From an uncultured Chloroflexota bacterium (GTDB lineage: Bacteria; Chloroflexota; UBA11872; UBA12225): a stretch of DNA of 64,000 bases. Numbering within the stretch: position 1 is the first letter of the stretch; every line of letters starts with the position of its first letter. The stretch lies in NCBI GenBank assembly GCA_902805635.1, contig CADCTC010000018.1, positions 48 to 64,047 on the forward strand, given 5' to 3'. Of this stretch, positions 19,045 through 29,001 are shown piece after piece. The notes under the pieces are model-generated. The model was not told where the DNA came from. It made no database searches and saw only the letters and a list, made by a program, of their open reading frames with translations. The translations under genes were made by a program, and so were the position numbers.

Positions 19045-19957
19045 ATGATCGAGAGCGAGAGTGGCGACGGCTAAGGCGCTGCGGGCGCGGTATATGTGCC
19101 TGACGCGAATCAGCTGCAGGCGATGGCCGAGCGGCACGATCTGGGCACGCTGACCGACTGGCGCAAGCTGGAGGGCGGCATCGTCAACCCGGTGCTGCTG
19201 CTCGATACGGCCGCCGGGCAGGCGGTGCTCAAGATGAATACCCGTGAGCCCGAGTACCCGACGGTGGTGAAGGAGGCGTGGGTGCTGGGCCTGGTTGGCC
19301 GCGCCGTCTCGGAGCGATCTGCACGCGGTGCCGGTGCCGGGTGCCCTATACGGTGATTGGAATGCCGCACGCGACTCTTTGGGCGCGGACGAGGACTGGC
19401 GCGAGCACGTGGCGCGCGCGGGAGCAGAAGCGCTGAAGCGCGCGTGCGCGACGGGTGCGCTGGGGAAAGAGCTCGCGCGGGAGGTGGAACGCTGGCTGGC
19501 GTGACACCTGGAGGTGGCCCCGCGGCGGCCGCGGCGGGTGCTGCTGCACCACGACCTGTCGCTGTGGAATGCGCTGGTCAGGCCGCGCACCGCGCCGGCA
19601 GGGGCAGCGAGAGAGCCGGATGGCCCGGACGGCTGGGAGGTGGCGGCGATCATCGACTTCGAGTGGTGTGGAGTCGGGTCGGCTGCTTCCGAGTTCTCCA
19701 CCGTGATGAAGTCCATGGGCGACTGCATGCACCCGCCGGCGTTCTGGGAGGCGTACCTGGACGGCGGCCGGCCGGACGCGGCGTTCGCGCGGGAGGGGAC
19801 GTACCACACTATGCTCTACCGGCTGACGCTGACCAACGTGGCGCCCAAACATTGGGGAGCCGCCGCGGTACGTCGCCAGGTGAATGAGGTCGAGCGGCTG
19901 CTGAAGGGTGCGCCGGCCTGGGCCTTCAAGGACGTGGACGGCGCCGGACTGGCGTGA
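19045..19957 (+). pseudogene. Aminoglycoside-phosphotransferase-like (APH) kinase pseudogene
   Basis: N-lobe LEGGIVNPV..VLK in one frame; C-lobe LLHHDLSLWNALV and IIDFE in another; in-frame stops TAA 19072 and TGA 19502; frame change with apparent deletion near 19310. Confidence 0.8.
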
Positions 19958-20015
19958 GGGCCTGGTGGCGTGAGCGACCGGGACTGAGGCTGCGCCGAAA
20001 TGCCGGGCGCAGGTG

Positions 20016-20618
20016 TCAGCGCAGGCGCGCTGCGGCAAGCGGCGGCAGCGGAGTGACCTTCTTGCCGGTGAGGAAGCGGGCCGCCACGCCGCCGCCCGCG
20101 AAGCCGAAGAGGTGGCCTTCCCAGGAGATGCCTGACCGGGTGGGGAGCACGCCCCACAGGGCGCCGCCGTAGAGAAAGCCGGCGACGAGCGCGAGGATGA
20201 CGGCGGTGGGGCTGCGCTCCCGCCAGGCGCGGACCAGCAGGTAACCCAGGTAGCCGAAGACGACGCCACTGGCGCCGACGTGGATGGTGCCGGGGCGAGC
20301 GAACAGCCAGACGCCCAGGCCACCTAGCAGCGTGACGATGGCGGTGACCAGGAAGAAGTCGAGGCTCTGGCGCAGGATGACCAGCCACCCGAGCACGAAC
20401 AGCGGCGCGGTATTGGCTATCAGGTGGGCGAACCCGCCGTGCAGGAACGGCGCGAGCACGATGCCCCACAGCCAGGATGCCTCGCGCGGACGGATGCCCA
20501 GCCGGTCCAGGCTGCCGCCCAGGAGCAGCTGGTCCACCACCTCGCTGAGCCAGATCAGGCTGATGAACCCCACCAGCGCGCCCAGGCGCGCCTTCCCTTC
20601 CGCCACCAGCGTCTGCAC
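20016..20618 (-). CDS. Rhomboid intramembrane serine protease
   Basis: PFLHGGFAHLIAN, catalytic GASG, SWEGHLFG. Confidence 0.92.
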   Translation of the reverse strand: MQTLVAEGKARLGALVGFISLIWLSEVVDQLLLGGSLDRLGIRPREASWLWGIVLAPFLHGGFAHLIANTAPLFVLGWLVILRQSLDFFLVTAIVTLLGGLGVWLFARPGTIHVGASGVVFGYLGYLLVRAWRERSPTAVILALVAGFLYGGALWGVLPTRSGISWEGHLFGFAGGGVAARFLTGKKVTPLPPLAAARLR

Positions 20619-20677
20619 GGTTGGTCCTCTTGTATCAGTACGACGGCAGCGCGGTGCGTGTTACACAGCCGGTCGGC

Positions 20678-22090
20678 TTAGCCGACTGACACGACTGGCT
20701 CAGGGAGTGGGTGGTGGATCTCGGCCAGCCGGTAGCCGAAGCCGGGGCCGCGCACGGTGGAGAGGTCCACCTGGCCGCCGCGGCGGCGGTAGATGCCGGG
20801 GTGGACGGCGGCCTCGGCGTTGGAGGCTTCGGGGTAGAACTGCATGCCGTTGGTCTCCACGCCCATGATGGTGCCGGCGTGGGCGGCCAGCAGCACGTGG
20901 GGCACCTGCGCCAGCATCGGATTGGTCAGGTCCTGGACCATCAGCGTCATGCCGTGCGCCCTGGCCCAGCACAGGCTGAGCAGCGCCCCCGTCTGCGTCT
21001 TGCACGTCTTGAGCGCCACGCCGGTCCAGCCCAGCTCGCGCCCCAGCTTCACCAGCCGCCAGTCGTGCGCGCTCTCGTCCATGAAGAGCGGCTTGCGCGC
21101 TGAGACGCTGTGCACGTCTATGCGGTCCTCTTCCAGCTCATAGGGGAAGGGCTGCTCGACGTACAGGATCATGCCGTACGTGCGCGGGTGCTCCCACAGC
21201 AGGCGGTCGAGGATCTGATTGACGTAGGCGGGGTCGGTGACGGTGCAGTTGAAGTCGGTGGTCAGCCAGTCCACGCCCTCCTCCTCCGCGATCTGCCCCA
21301 CCATCACCAGGCGCTGGTAGTCCCACGCCGCGTCGTTGCCGCGCAGCTTCACCTTGAGGCACTTGAGGGCGTCGCGCCGGATCCAGTCGCGCAGCAGCAC
21401 GGGGTAGCCGTCGTCGGGCTCGCTGCCGTCCAGCTCGTCGGGCGTGATGGGGTCCTTACCGCCCACCAGGTGCCAGGCGGGCAGCGCCTGCGGGCGGGGC
21501 GTCACCAGGAAGTCCGCGGGGTACTTCCCGGCGAACGAGACGTCCACGTCCGCGGCGGGCGTGAGGAATGCCGCCAGGTCGGTGGTGAGGAAGTCGGGTG
21601 TGTACGTCTGGTACACCGGCACGCCCACCAGCTGGCCGTAGGCGTCGTGCAATGCGATGTCGAATGCCGAGCAGCACACCAGCGCCGCCAGGTAGGGCAT
21701 CGGCTCGGCCATGCCGTGGCGGGCGCGGCGCGCGTTGAAGTCCGCCAGCAACTCCGGCAGCCGCTCTTCCAGGAAGGCGTGCCCCACCTCCAGCGCGTGG
21801 CCGCTCGTCTCGTGCTTGCCCCACGCCAGCGCCAGGCCGGTGCAGAACGCCTTGAGCGCCTCGTGGCGCTCCTCGTACGGTAGGCTGCTCGGCCAGACCC
21901 ACTGCACGGAGAGCGGAGTCTCGCCCCAGCCCTCGGCGGTGCTGCCGTCAGCAGCGGCCACGCGCAGCCGCACGCGGGCGCAGGTCACGGAGGTCAGGGT
22001 TTCGGTGCCGAACTTGAGCGGCACGCGAGTTTCTACCGGCAGGAAGTACAGTGCTGCGCCGGTGACGTGGATGTCGGTGGGTTTCGCCAT
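20678..22090 (-). CDS. Enolase-superfamily (MR/MLE) protein, long form
   Basis: GWGE, FDIALHD, LKVKL, metal ligands DFN/EQP/DES, ALKTCK. Confidence 0.82.
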   Translation of the reverse strand: MAKPTDIHVTGAALYFLPVETRVPLKFGTETLTSVTCARVRLRVAAADGSTAEGWGETPLSVQWVWPSSLPYEERHEALKAFCTGLALAWGKHETSGHALEVGHAFLEERLPELLADFNARRARHGMAEPMPYLAALVCCSAFDIALHDAYGQLVGVPVYQTYTPDFLTTDLAAFLTPAADVDVSFAGKYPADFLVTPRPQALPAWHLVGGKDPITPDELDGSEPDDGYPVLLRDWIRRDALKCLKVKLRGNDAAWDYQRLVMVGQIAEEEGVDWLTTDFNCTVTDPAYVNQILDRLLWEHPRTYGMILYVEQPFPYELEEDRIDVHSVSARKPLFMDESAHDWRLVKLGRELGWTGVALKTCKTQTGALLSLCWARAHGMTLMVQDLTNPMLAQVPHVLLAAHAGTIMGVETNGMQFYPEASNAEAAVHPGIYRRRGGQVDLSTVRGPGFGYRLAEIHHPLPEPVVSVG

Positions 22091-22138
22091 GCGTCTGTTG
22101 GTGATAGCCTATCAGCGGAGCACCAGGAGCATCTTCTC

Positions 22139-22408
22139 ATGAGCCGCTTCATCCGCGTACAGCTTGAGGTCGACCGAGAAGCGCTGACCGACGCGTACCT
22201 GGCGTACGTGACCGATCCGCGCCCGTCGCGCAACGAGCACCACCAGGAGGTGCTGGAGGAAGGCCCCATCCCTCAGGCGTGCCTGGAGGCGATGGTGCTG
22301 GACGGCGTGGACGACCGGCGGGTGGTGGCCGAGTTCGTGGACTGGTTCGCCCAGTTCCCGATGGGCAACATCCCCGCCGGCCAGGACTACCTCTCAGCCT
22401 GGCACTAG
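22139..22408 (+). CDS. Hypothetical acidic 89-aa protein
   Basis: AGGAG SD; MSRFIRVQLEVD...LSAWH; typical codon bias. Confidence 0.65.
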   Translation: MSRFIRVQLEVDREALTDAYLAYVTDPRPSRNEHHQEVLEEGPIPQACLEAMVLDGVDDRRVVAEFVDWFAQFPMGNIPAGQDYLSAWH

Positions 22409-23361
22409 GCCGGTGTAGGTGCTTCCTCAGCGATCAGTCCTTCCTCCCTGAGTGAGGCCCACAGGGCCGCGGGCACGGCGTGGCGGGCCATCCGCTCGTT
22501 CTCTTCCAGCTCGGCGACTGAGCGGACGCCGGTGAGCACTGTCGCGACGGCGGGATGCGCCGCCGGGAACTGGATGGCGGCGGCCATCAGCGGCGTATCG
22601 TGGCGGTCGCAAACCGCCTTGAGGCGCTGCGCCTTTTCCACCCATTCGGGCGCGGCGGGCCGGTAGTTGAAGTTGGCGCCCGGCACGGGGTTGGTCAGGA
22701 TGCCGCTGTTGTAGACGCCGCCGATGTAGAGGCTGATGCGCTTCTCCACGCACAGTGGCAGCAGCTCGGGCAAGGCGGTGGCGTTGTCGAGCAGCGTGTA
22801 GCGGCCGGCCAGCAGGAAGGCGTCGAAGTTTCCTTCGCGTGCGAAGCGTGCCTCCATGGCCGCCTGGTTCATCCCTGCGCCTACGGCGCTGATAGTCCCC
22901 TCGCTGCGCAGGCGGTCGAGCGCGCGATACGCGCCCGCGATGGCATCGTCGTAGTGCTGGTCGGGGTCGTGGATGTGCAGCACGTCCACTCGATCCAGCC
23001 CCAGACGGTCCAGGCTTTCCTCCAGCGAGCGCAGCGTAGCGTCGAAGCTGAAGTCGAACTGCGGCTTCGCGGCGCCCTGCTCGTCGGGGCGGACCAAGCG
23101 CCCGACCTTGGTGGCGACGACAATCTCGTCGCGTGGGAGCTGGCGCAGGGCGGCGCCCACCCAGCGCTCGGATCTGCCGGCGCCGTACAGCGGCGCGGTG
23201 TCGAAGGCGCGGATGCCCAGCGCGAACGCGCGCTGCACGATCTCGTGCGTGGTCTGCTCGCCGCTCTCCTCCGGCAGCTGGGCGAACGGCGCCCCGCCCA
23301 GGCTCAGCCGGCTGACGCGCAGTGGTGTCTTCCCTAGAGGGACTCGCTCTGCCGGGTCCAT
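22405..23361 (-). CDS. Aldo/keto reductase (D-threo-aldose 1-dehydrogenase-like)
   Basis: DTAPLYGAGRSE, TKVGR, IHDPD, LLAGRYTLL, GGVYNSGIL. Confidence 0.88.
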   Translation of the reverse strand: MDPAERVPLGKTPLRVSRLSLGGAPFAQLPEESGEQTTHEIVQRAFALGIRAFDTAPLYGAGRSERWVGAALRQLPRDEIVVATKVGRLVRPDEQGAAKPQFDFSFDATLRSLEESLDRLGLDRVDVLHIHDPDQHYDDAIAGAYRALDRLRSEGTISAVGAGMNQAAMEARFAREGNFDAFLLAGRYTLLDNATALPELLPLCVEKRISLYIGGVYNSGILTNPVPGANFNYRPAAPEWVEKAQRLKAVCDRHDTPLMAAAIQFPAAHPAVATVLTGVRSVAELEENERMARHAVPAALWASLREEGLIAEEAPTPA

Positions 23362-23504
23362 TGCTGTGGTCACGCCTTCCTGGTTGGTGTCGAGAATCGG
23401 GGATGTGGGGCTTGCCCGCTCCGGCAACGTGGCGGGAGACAAGTCCCGCGCACGTCCGGGTGTCGCGGGATGATACGGAGCAGGCAGGCGCGTTTCAGGA
23501 GTGC

Positions 23505-24368
23505 ATGCTCGGCATCCTGCTCGCGCTCAGCTCGGCGGTTTCCTGGGGCAGCGGCGACTTCCTGTCCGGGCTGCTGGGTCGCCGGCTGCCGCTGCCGACG
23601 GTACTGCTGGTTTCGCAGGCGGCCGGCGTGCCGCTGATGCTGGCACTGGCGCTGTGGCGAGGTGTCCCATCTGATTGGGCGTTCCTGCCGTACGGTGTGC
23701 TCGCCTCGTTCACCGGCCTGTGGGGACTGGCCGCGCTTTTCCGTGGTATGGCCGTGGGGCTGATCAGCATCGTCGCTCCCATCTCCGCCACCGGCGCCGT
23801 TATCCCGGTAGTGGTGGGATTACTCACGGGTGAGCGTCCCACGCCGCTGCAGGGCGCTGGCGTGGCGCTGGCGTTGCTCGGCGTCGCCGTTGCCTCGAGG
23901 CCATCAGCGCCTCAAGATGGGGTGGGCGCGACCGGGCACGCGGCTCGCCTCGCCGCCGGTGCCTCCTTCGGCCTGCTCGCTGCAGCTGGCTTCGGTCTCT
24001 ATTACGTCGTGCTGCGCTACGCCAGCGACGCTGCGGGACAGGACCCGTATTGGCCCGTGCTGGTGCAGCGGGCGGTTTCCACTGTCCTTCTGTTGGTGGT
24101 TGCCGCCGCGCTGCGTCCGCGCCTGGTGATGTCACCTACCAGTGCCGGCACGCTAGCGCTTGCGGGAACGCTAGATGTCAGCGCCAATGCGCTCTACGCC
24201 GCTGCCAGCACGTCCGGGATTGGCCCGCTGGCGGCGGTGCTCTCGTCGCTGTTCCCAATCTCGACTATCGCCCTGGCGCGCATGTTCCTGCAGGAGCGCC
24301 TCTCCGGCGCACAGGCGTTCGGCGTCGTCAGCGCTCTGGCCGGTGTGGTCCTCATCGCGTGGCGGTGA
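23505..24368 (+). CDS. DMT/EamA family transporter
   Basis: WGSGDFL, IVAPISA, GERP, LQERLS; about 10 TM segments in two repeats. Confidence 0.88.
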   Translation: MLGILLALSSAVSWGSGDFLSGLLGRRLPLPTVLLVSQAAGVPLMLALALWRGVPSDWAFLPYGVLASFTGLWGLAALFRGMAVGLISIVAPISATGAVIPVVVGLLTGERPTPLQGAGVALALLGVAVASRPSAPQDGVGATGHAARLAAGASFGLLAAAGFGLYYVVLRYASDAAGQDPYWPVLVQRAVSTVLLLVVAAALRPRLVMSPTSAGTLALAGTLDVSANALYAAASTSGIGPLAAVLSSLFPISTIALARMFLQERLSGAQAFGVVSALAGVVLIAWR

Positions 24369-24402
24369 GGGGTCACACGTTGCCACAGCGCGGGCGTGGT
24401 GA

Positions 24403-24687
24403 TTAGAACGCACGGGGGCTGTGCACCAGGGCGCCACCCATGGCAATGGGTGACGAAAACGCGCCGCGCAGGCTGGCGGTGCCAATGGCGGTGATCAGCT
24501 CCCGCAGCTCGTCAGGGCTGAACCTCTTGGGATCGCGCTTCACTAGTGAGAGCGACTGCGGCGAGAGCGTGCCCGTGCGGTCGATCTCTGCCAGCAGCTG
24601 GCCCATGCGGGGGTTGACCGGCTCGCGCACCGGAGCGCCGGGGTGAGCGTACGTGAGGGAGGAGGCGAACGGGTTCTTCATGGTCAT
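24403..24687 (-). CDS. Hypothetical protein, 94 aa
   Basis: Fills the gap, divergent from the two-component cluster; protein-like composition. Confidence 0.5.
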   Translation of the reverse strand: MTMKNPFASSLTYAHPGAPVREPVNPRMGQLLAEIDRTGTLSPQSLSLVKRDPKRFSPDELRELITAIGTASLRGAFSSPIAMGGALVHSPRAF

Positions 24688-24875
24688 CAGAATAGGCTGC
24701 TTGGGTGAAGGAACCGTTCGCGCCCGGTGAAACGACGGTGGAAACCGGGAAACAGGGTGACGTGGATGGGGAATGCCAGTGAGATTGTTGGCGAGAAGAC
24801 TAGCCAGGTGGCCAGGCGAGGTCTGGCCGGCCGTCCGACGCGGTTAGCGCCGCTGGCTGCCATGCTTGAGACAGC

Positions 24876-25265
24876 ATGCGCGTGCTCCTCGCCGACGACG
24901 ACTCAAGCATCCGCTCCGCGCTGCGTCTCTTGCTGGAGCAGGGCCTGGGCTTCGCCGTGGTAGGGGAGGTGGCAGCCGCCGGCGCGCTGGCCCAGGCTGC
25001 CGGGGCCGCCGGCGCTGCCGGGGTGTGTGCGGACGTGGTGCTCGTCGATTGGGAGCTGCCGGACCTGGACGCGCCGGCACAGCTGGCGGCGCTGAAGCGC
25101 GCGCACCCCGCGGTGAAGGTCATCGCGGTAAGCGGGCGCCCGGAAGCCGGCAACGCGTCGCTCGCGGCCGGGGCGGACGGTTTCCACTATCGTGGTGACC
25201 CACCGGACCGATTGCTGGACGTGCTGGCGTCGATGCGGGCGAACGGTGCGATTTCCGTGGTCTAG
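24876..25265 (+). CDS. Single-domain response regulator (REC)
   Basis: MRVLLADDD, VLVDWELPDLD, IAVS; the conserved Lys appears replaced by Arg (FHYRG). Confidence 0.85.
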   Translation: MRVLLADDDSSIRSALRLLLEQGLGFAVVGEVAAAGALAQAAGAAGAAGVCADVVLVDWELPDLDAPAQLAALKRAHPAVKVIAVSGRPEAGNASLAAGADGFHYRGDPPDRLLDVLASMRANGAISVV

Positions 25266-25334
25266 GGTGTCGAATACGCCAGACGGCCCACTGCCCGGCG
25301 CCAGGCCCACCAAAGGAGCGATACTTTAGGCGGG

Positions 25335-26039
25335 ATGAACGCTTCTGGAGGGATGGCCGTGCTGCGCGGCCGTCAGACGACCGGCGCCGGGGCGCCAAGC
25401 GCAGACGGGACCGCAATCCGCGTCATGCTGGTGGACGACCACGCGGTAGTGCGCAGTGGACTATCGGCTTTCCTGCTCGCCTTTGACGACCTGGAGCTGG
25501 TCGGCGAGGCCGGCAGCGGCCGCGACGCCGTGCGACTGTGCGGAGAGATGCGGCCGGACGTGGTGCTGATGGACCTGGTGATGCCGGAGATGGACGGCGC
25601 GGCGACGACGCGCGCCATCCGCCAGCAGCACCCGGACGTGCAGGTGATCGCGCTGACCAGCTTCCCCGAGGATGACCTGGTGAAAGGCGCGCTGCAAGCG
25701 GGCGCGATCGGCTACCTGCTCAAAAACGTGACGGCGGACGAGCTGGCGCGGGCCATCCGCGCCGCGCGCGCCGGAAAGCCCACGCTCGCCCCGGAAGCGC
25801 AGCAGGCGCTGATCCACGCCGCGACCGCGCCGCGCTCGCCCGGGGCAGATCTGACCGAGCGGGAGCGCGAGGTGCTGGCGCTGATGGTGGAGGGCATCAG
25901 CAACCCGGAGATTGCCGAGCGGCTGGTGGTGAGCCGGGCTACGGTGAAGTTCCACATCAGCAGCATCCTGTCCAAGCTCGACGCGTCCAGCCGTACCGAG
26001 GCCGTCGCGATCGCGCTGCAGACGAAGCTGGTGCGCTGA
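25335..26039 (+). CDS. NarL/LuxR-family response regulator
   Basis: [31 protein letters not shown]...[13 protein letters not shown]. Confidence 0.95.
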   Translation: MNASGGMAVLRGRQTTGAGAPSADGTAIRVMLVDDHAVVRSGLSAFLLAFDDLELVGEAGSGRDAVRLCGEMRPDVVLMDLVMPEMDGAATTRAIRQQHPDVQVIALTSFPEDDLVKGALQAGAIGYLLKNVTADELARAIRAARAGKPTLAPEAQQALIHAATAPRSPGADLTEREREVLALMVEGISNPEIAERLVVSRATVKFHISSILSKLDASSRTEAVAIALQTKLVR

Positions 26040-26057
26040 CCGGTCGCTGACGGGATC

Positions 26058-27779
26058 GTGATGGCCTGGCTGCGTGGCCACTTGCTGCCCCTGGCGGCCG
26101 CGTTGCTCGCAGCGGTCTCGGCGCTGGCCGCCGTCGCCTTCGTGGACCAGGGCGAGCGCGACCGGGCGCTGCGGGCGCACCGCGCCGAAGTGCGCCTGGA
26201 GGCTGGCGAGGCGCGCGCCAAGCTGGAACAGGCGCTCTCGTCTCGGGTGCAGATGGCGCGCGGCCTGGCGGCGTTCGTCGTGGCCAACCCCAACGGCCCC
26301 ACCACGGACCGCGCCGCGCTGGACGCCTTCTCGCGCAGTCTGCTGGCGGTGCAGCCCGGCATCCGTAGCGTGTCGCTCTCCGAAGACGCGGAGGTGATCT
26401 ACACCTACCCGGTAGAGGGCAACGAGGCGACCCTGGGGATGGACCTTCTGGCGATCCCGGAGCAGCGGGACGCGGTGCGGCGCGCCCTGCTGGGCCGGCA
26501 GTTCGTGCTAGCCGGTCCGTACGAGCTGGTGCAGGGAGGGGTCGGCTTGATCGCGCGGCAGCCGATCATCCTGCCGTACACCGAGCCGGGCCCGGGCACG
26601 CCGCCTGACTACGTCGGGCCGTCCGTGGTCACCGAGGGCGGCCGCGCGGGGCAGCCGGGACGGGTGTGGGGCCTCTCGCTGGTGGTGTTCCACGTCGGGT
26701 CGCTGCTGGGCGAGGCGGGGCTAGTGGATTCCACGTCACCGCTGGAGTACGCGCTGCGTGGCGCTGACGGTTGGGGCGCGGACGGCGAGGTGTTTTACGG
26801 CCGGCCGGAGCTGTTCCAGCAGAGTCCGGAGACGCTGGATATCTCGCTGCCGACTGGCAGCTGGCAGCTGGCGGCGGCGCCGCGCATCGGCTGGTCCTCC
26901 AGTACGCAGTCGCTGGTATGGATTCGCGTCAGTGGCGGCGTGGTGGCGCTGCTACTGGCGCTGCTGGTGTATTCGCTGGTGCGCGACCCCGTGCGCCTGC
27001 GCGACGCCGTGGAGCGCGCCACCGCGGCCGCGGTGGAGAATGCGCGCCTGTATGAGGCGGAGCGCACCCGCGCGGAGCACGCCACGCTGGACGAGCGCCA
27101 GCGGTTGGCGCGTGAGCTGCACGATTCGGTGACGCAGACGCTGTTCTCCGCCAGCTTGATTGCCGAGGTGCTGCCGCGGCTGTGGCAGCGTCACCCGGAC
27201 AGTGCGCTGCCCCGGCTGGAGGAGCTGCGCCAACTGACCCGAGGTGCGCTGGCGGAGATGCGTACCCTGCTGCTGGAGCTGCGACCGGCGGTGCTGCTGG
27301 AGATGCCGCTGCCCGACCTGTTGCGCCAGCTGGCGGAGGCCGTCACCGGCCGGGCCCGGCTGCCGGTCAGCCTTGAGGTGGACGGCGCGCGCGAGGCAGC
27401 GCTGCCGCCCGACGTGCAAATTTCGCTCTACCGCATCACACAGGAGGCGCTCAACAACGCCGTGAAGCACGCAGGGGCAACGGCAGCATTTGTCACGCTC
27501 TCCTGGCACGCGGAAGGCGTGCGGCTGCGCGTGCGCGACAACGGGCGGGGCTTCAACCCGAAGGACGTGCCGGGCGGCCACCTGGGGATGGGTGTCATGC
27601 GGGAGCGGGCAGCCGCGGTGGGCGCGGCGTTCGTGCTGCACTCAGCGCCCGGCGAGGGGACGCACATCTCGGTGGACTGGATGGAGCCACCCGCATTAGA
27701 GGAACCGGCGCCGGAAGCAGACAGCGGTGCGCTGCGGGCCGAGGCAGGCGACTACGGCCGCAGCCACTTATCGCCGTAG
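26058..27779 (+). CDS. CHASE-domain sensor kinase (HisKA_3 type)
   Basis: TM, YPVEGNEATLGMDL...GPYELVQGG, TM, ERQRLARELHDSV, QEALNNAVKHA, DNGRGF. Confidence 0.9.
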   Translation: MMAWLRGHLLPLAAALLAAVSALAAVAFVDQGERDRALRAHRAEVRLEAGEARAKLEQALSSRVQMARGLAAFVVANPNGPTTDRAALDAFSRSLLAVQPGIRSVSLSEDAEVIYTYPVEGNEATLGMDLLAIPEQRDAVRRALLGRQFVLAGPYELVQGGVGLIARQPIILPYTEPGPGTPPDYVGPSVVTEGGRAGQPGRVWGLSLVVFHVGSLLGEAGLVDSTSPLEYALRGADGWGADGEVFYGRPELFQQSPETLDISLPTGSWQLAAAPRIGWSSSTQSLVWIRVSGGVVALLLALLVYSLVRDPVRLRDAVERATAAAVENARLYEAERTRAEHATLDERQRLARELHDSVTQTLFSASLIAEVLPRLWQRHPDSALPRLEELRQLTRGALAEMRTLLLELRPAVLLEMPLPDLLRQLAEAVTGRARLPVSLEVDGAREAALPPDVQISLYRITQEALNNAVKHAGATAAFVTLSWHAEGVRLRVRDNGRGFNPKDVPGGHLGMGVMRERAAAVGAAFVLHSAPGEGTHISVDWMEPPALEEPAPEADSGALRAEAGDYGRSHLSP

Positions 27780-28141
27780 GAGCGGAGCACGTCCAGCAGG
27801 GGCAGGATGTCCCGGCCCTTGTCCGTCAGCTCGTACTGAACACGCGGCGGAATCTCCGGGAACATTGTGCGGGTCATCACGCCCTGGCTCACCAGCGCGC
27901 GCAGGCGGTCGGTGAGCACGCGCGGGCTGATGCCGGTGGACGCCTCAAGCTCCTTGAACCGTCGCGGACCGTTGGACAGGTCCCGCACCAGCAGCAGGGT
28001 CCAGGCATCGCCGAGCAGCTCGGCGGCTGCCGCCACGCCGCAGAAGGTGTCGCCTCCCGGCAGTGTCTCTCCCGCCGCGCATGCCTTCGCCGTTGTGCAT
28101 GCCGCAGCCGCGCTGTCGCTCTCCACCAATGCCTGTGCCAT
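27752..28141 (-). CDS. HxlR-family winged-helix regulator
   Basis: FCGVAAAAELLGDAWTLL, RRFKEL, ISPRVLTDRL, PPRVQYELT. Confidence 0.9.
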   Translation of the reverse strand: MAQALVESDSAAAACTTAKACAAGETLPGGDTFCGVAAAAELLGDAWTLLLVRDLSNGPRRFKELEASTGISPRVLTDRLRALVSQGVMTRTMFPEIPPRVQYELTDKGRDILPLLDVLRSYGDKWLRP

Positions 28142-28245
28142 TGTTCGCACCATCTCATTATCGCGCAGATCGGACGTGCACCGAATAGAATGCCGCGCTC
28201 CGCCACCCAATCCTAGCACCACTATCATCGACGCAGCAGCAACGC

Positions 28246-28274
28246 TTGACACAGCGATAGTTGAGTGCTATACC
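28246..28274 (+). promoter_or_regulatory. Sigma70-type promoter for yceI-VOC
   Basis: TTGACA-17 bp-TATACC with extended TGn; ATAG-N7-CTAT dyad overlaps the spacer and -10. Confidence 0.7.
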
Positions 28275-28348
28275 TTGGTTGTCGCTGCGAAACACGCAGT
28301 AACAATCACAACGCTTGCAATGTGCGAGCACAGCAAGGGAAGACGACC

Positions 28349-28933
28349 ATGACTGCTACCACGCTCACATCCACTCAGCTCAATAAGACGGGCGTCGCCG
28401 CGCCGGCAGCCACCACCTGGAAGATCGACGCCTCGCACTCGCACGTGGAGTTCGCCGTGAAGCACCTGATGATCTCCACAGTGAAGGGCCGCTTCACCGA
28501 GGTGGAGGGAGACATCGTGATCGACGAGGCGAACCCTGCCAGCTCACGGGTCGAAGTGAAGATCCCCGCCGCCAGTATCGACACGCGCGAGTCCACGCGT
28601 GACGCGCACCTGCGATCGGCCGACTTCTTCGATGCGGAGAACCACCCCTACCTCACCTTCACGAGCACCGGCGTGGAGCTCGACGGCAGCGACCTGACCG
28701 TACGCGGCGACCTGACCATCCGCGGCACGACGCTTCCCGTGACCCTGGAGGGCGAGTACCTGGGCAGCACCCCCACGCCATTCGGCACCACGGTGGCGGC
28801 GTTTAGCGCCAAGACCAAGGTCAACCGCAAGGATTACGGGTTGCACTACAATGCGGCGCTGGAGACCGGCGGCGTTCTGGTCGGCGACGAGATCAAGATC
28901 AGCCTCGAAGTCGAAGCAGTCAAGCAGGCGTAA
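28349..28933 (+). CDS. YceI family protein
   Basis: WKIDASHSHVEFAVKHLMIS, RDAHLRSADFFD, GDLTIRG. Confidence 0.93.
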   Translation: MTATTLTSTQLNKTGVAAPAATTWKIDASHSHVEFAVKHLMISTVKGRFTEVEGDIVIDEANPASSRVEVKIPAASIDTRESTRDAHLRSADFFDAENHPYLTFTSTGVELDGSDLTVRGDLTIRGTTLPVTLEGEYLGSTPTPFGTTVAAFSAKTKVNRKDYGLHYNAALETGGVLVGDEIKISLEVEAVKQA

Positions 28934-28947
28934 GGTGTGAAGTGTGG

Positions 28948-28978
28948 AAGGGGCGTACCGAGGGGTGGTACGCCCCTT
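28948..28978. other. Intercistronic hairpin (12-bp stem)
   Basis: aaggggcgtacc...ggtacgcccctt between yceI and the VOC gene, no U-tract. Confidence 0.55.
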
Positions 28979-29001
28979 GCGACCAGACGAGTGAAAGTCA
29001 G

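Noticed and set aside
10272-19504. In-frame TGA codons (10272, 19502) as stop-codon reassignment or selenocysteine
   Set aside because: Many intact genes here end in TGA, neither position is a Cys site, and both genes carry other lesions.
28245-28271. GAGTGCTA resembling a CIRCE (HrcA) half-site
   Set aside because: The left arm TTAGCACTC is absent at the 9-bp spacing.
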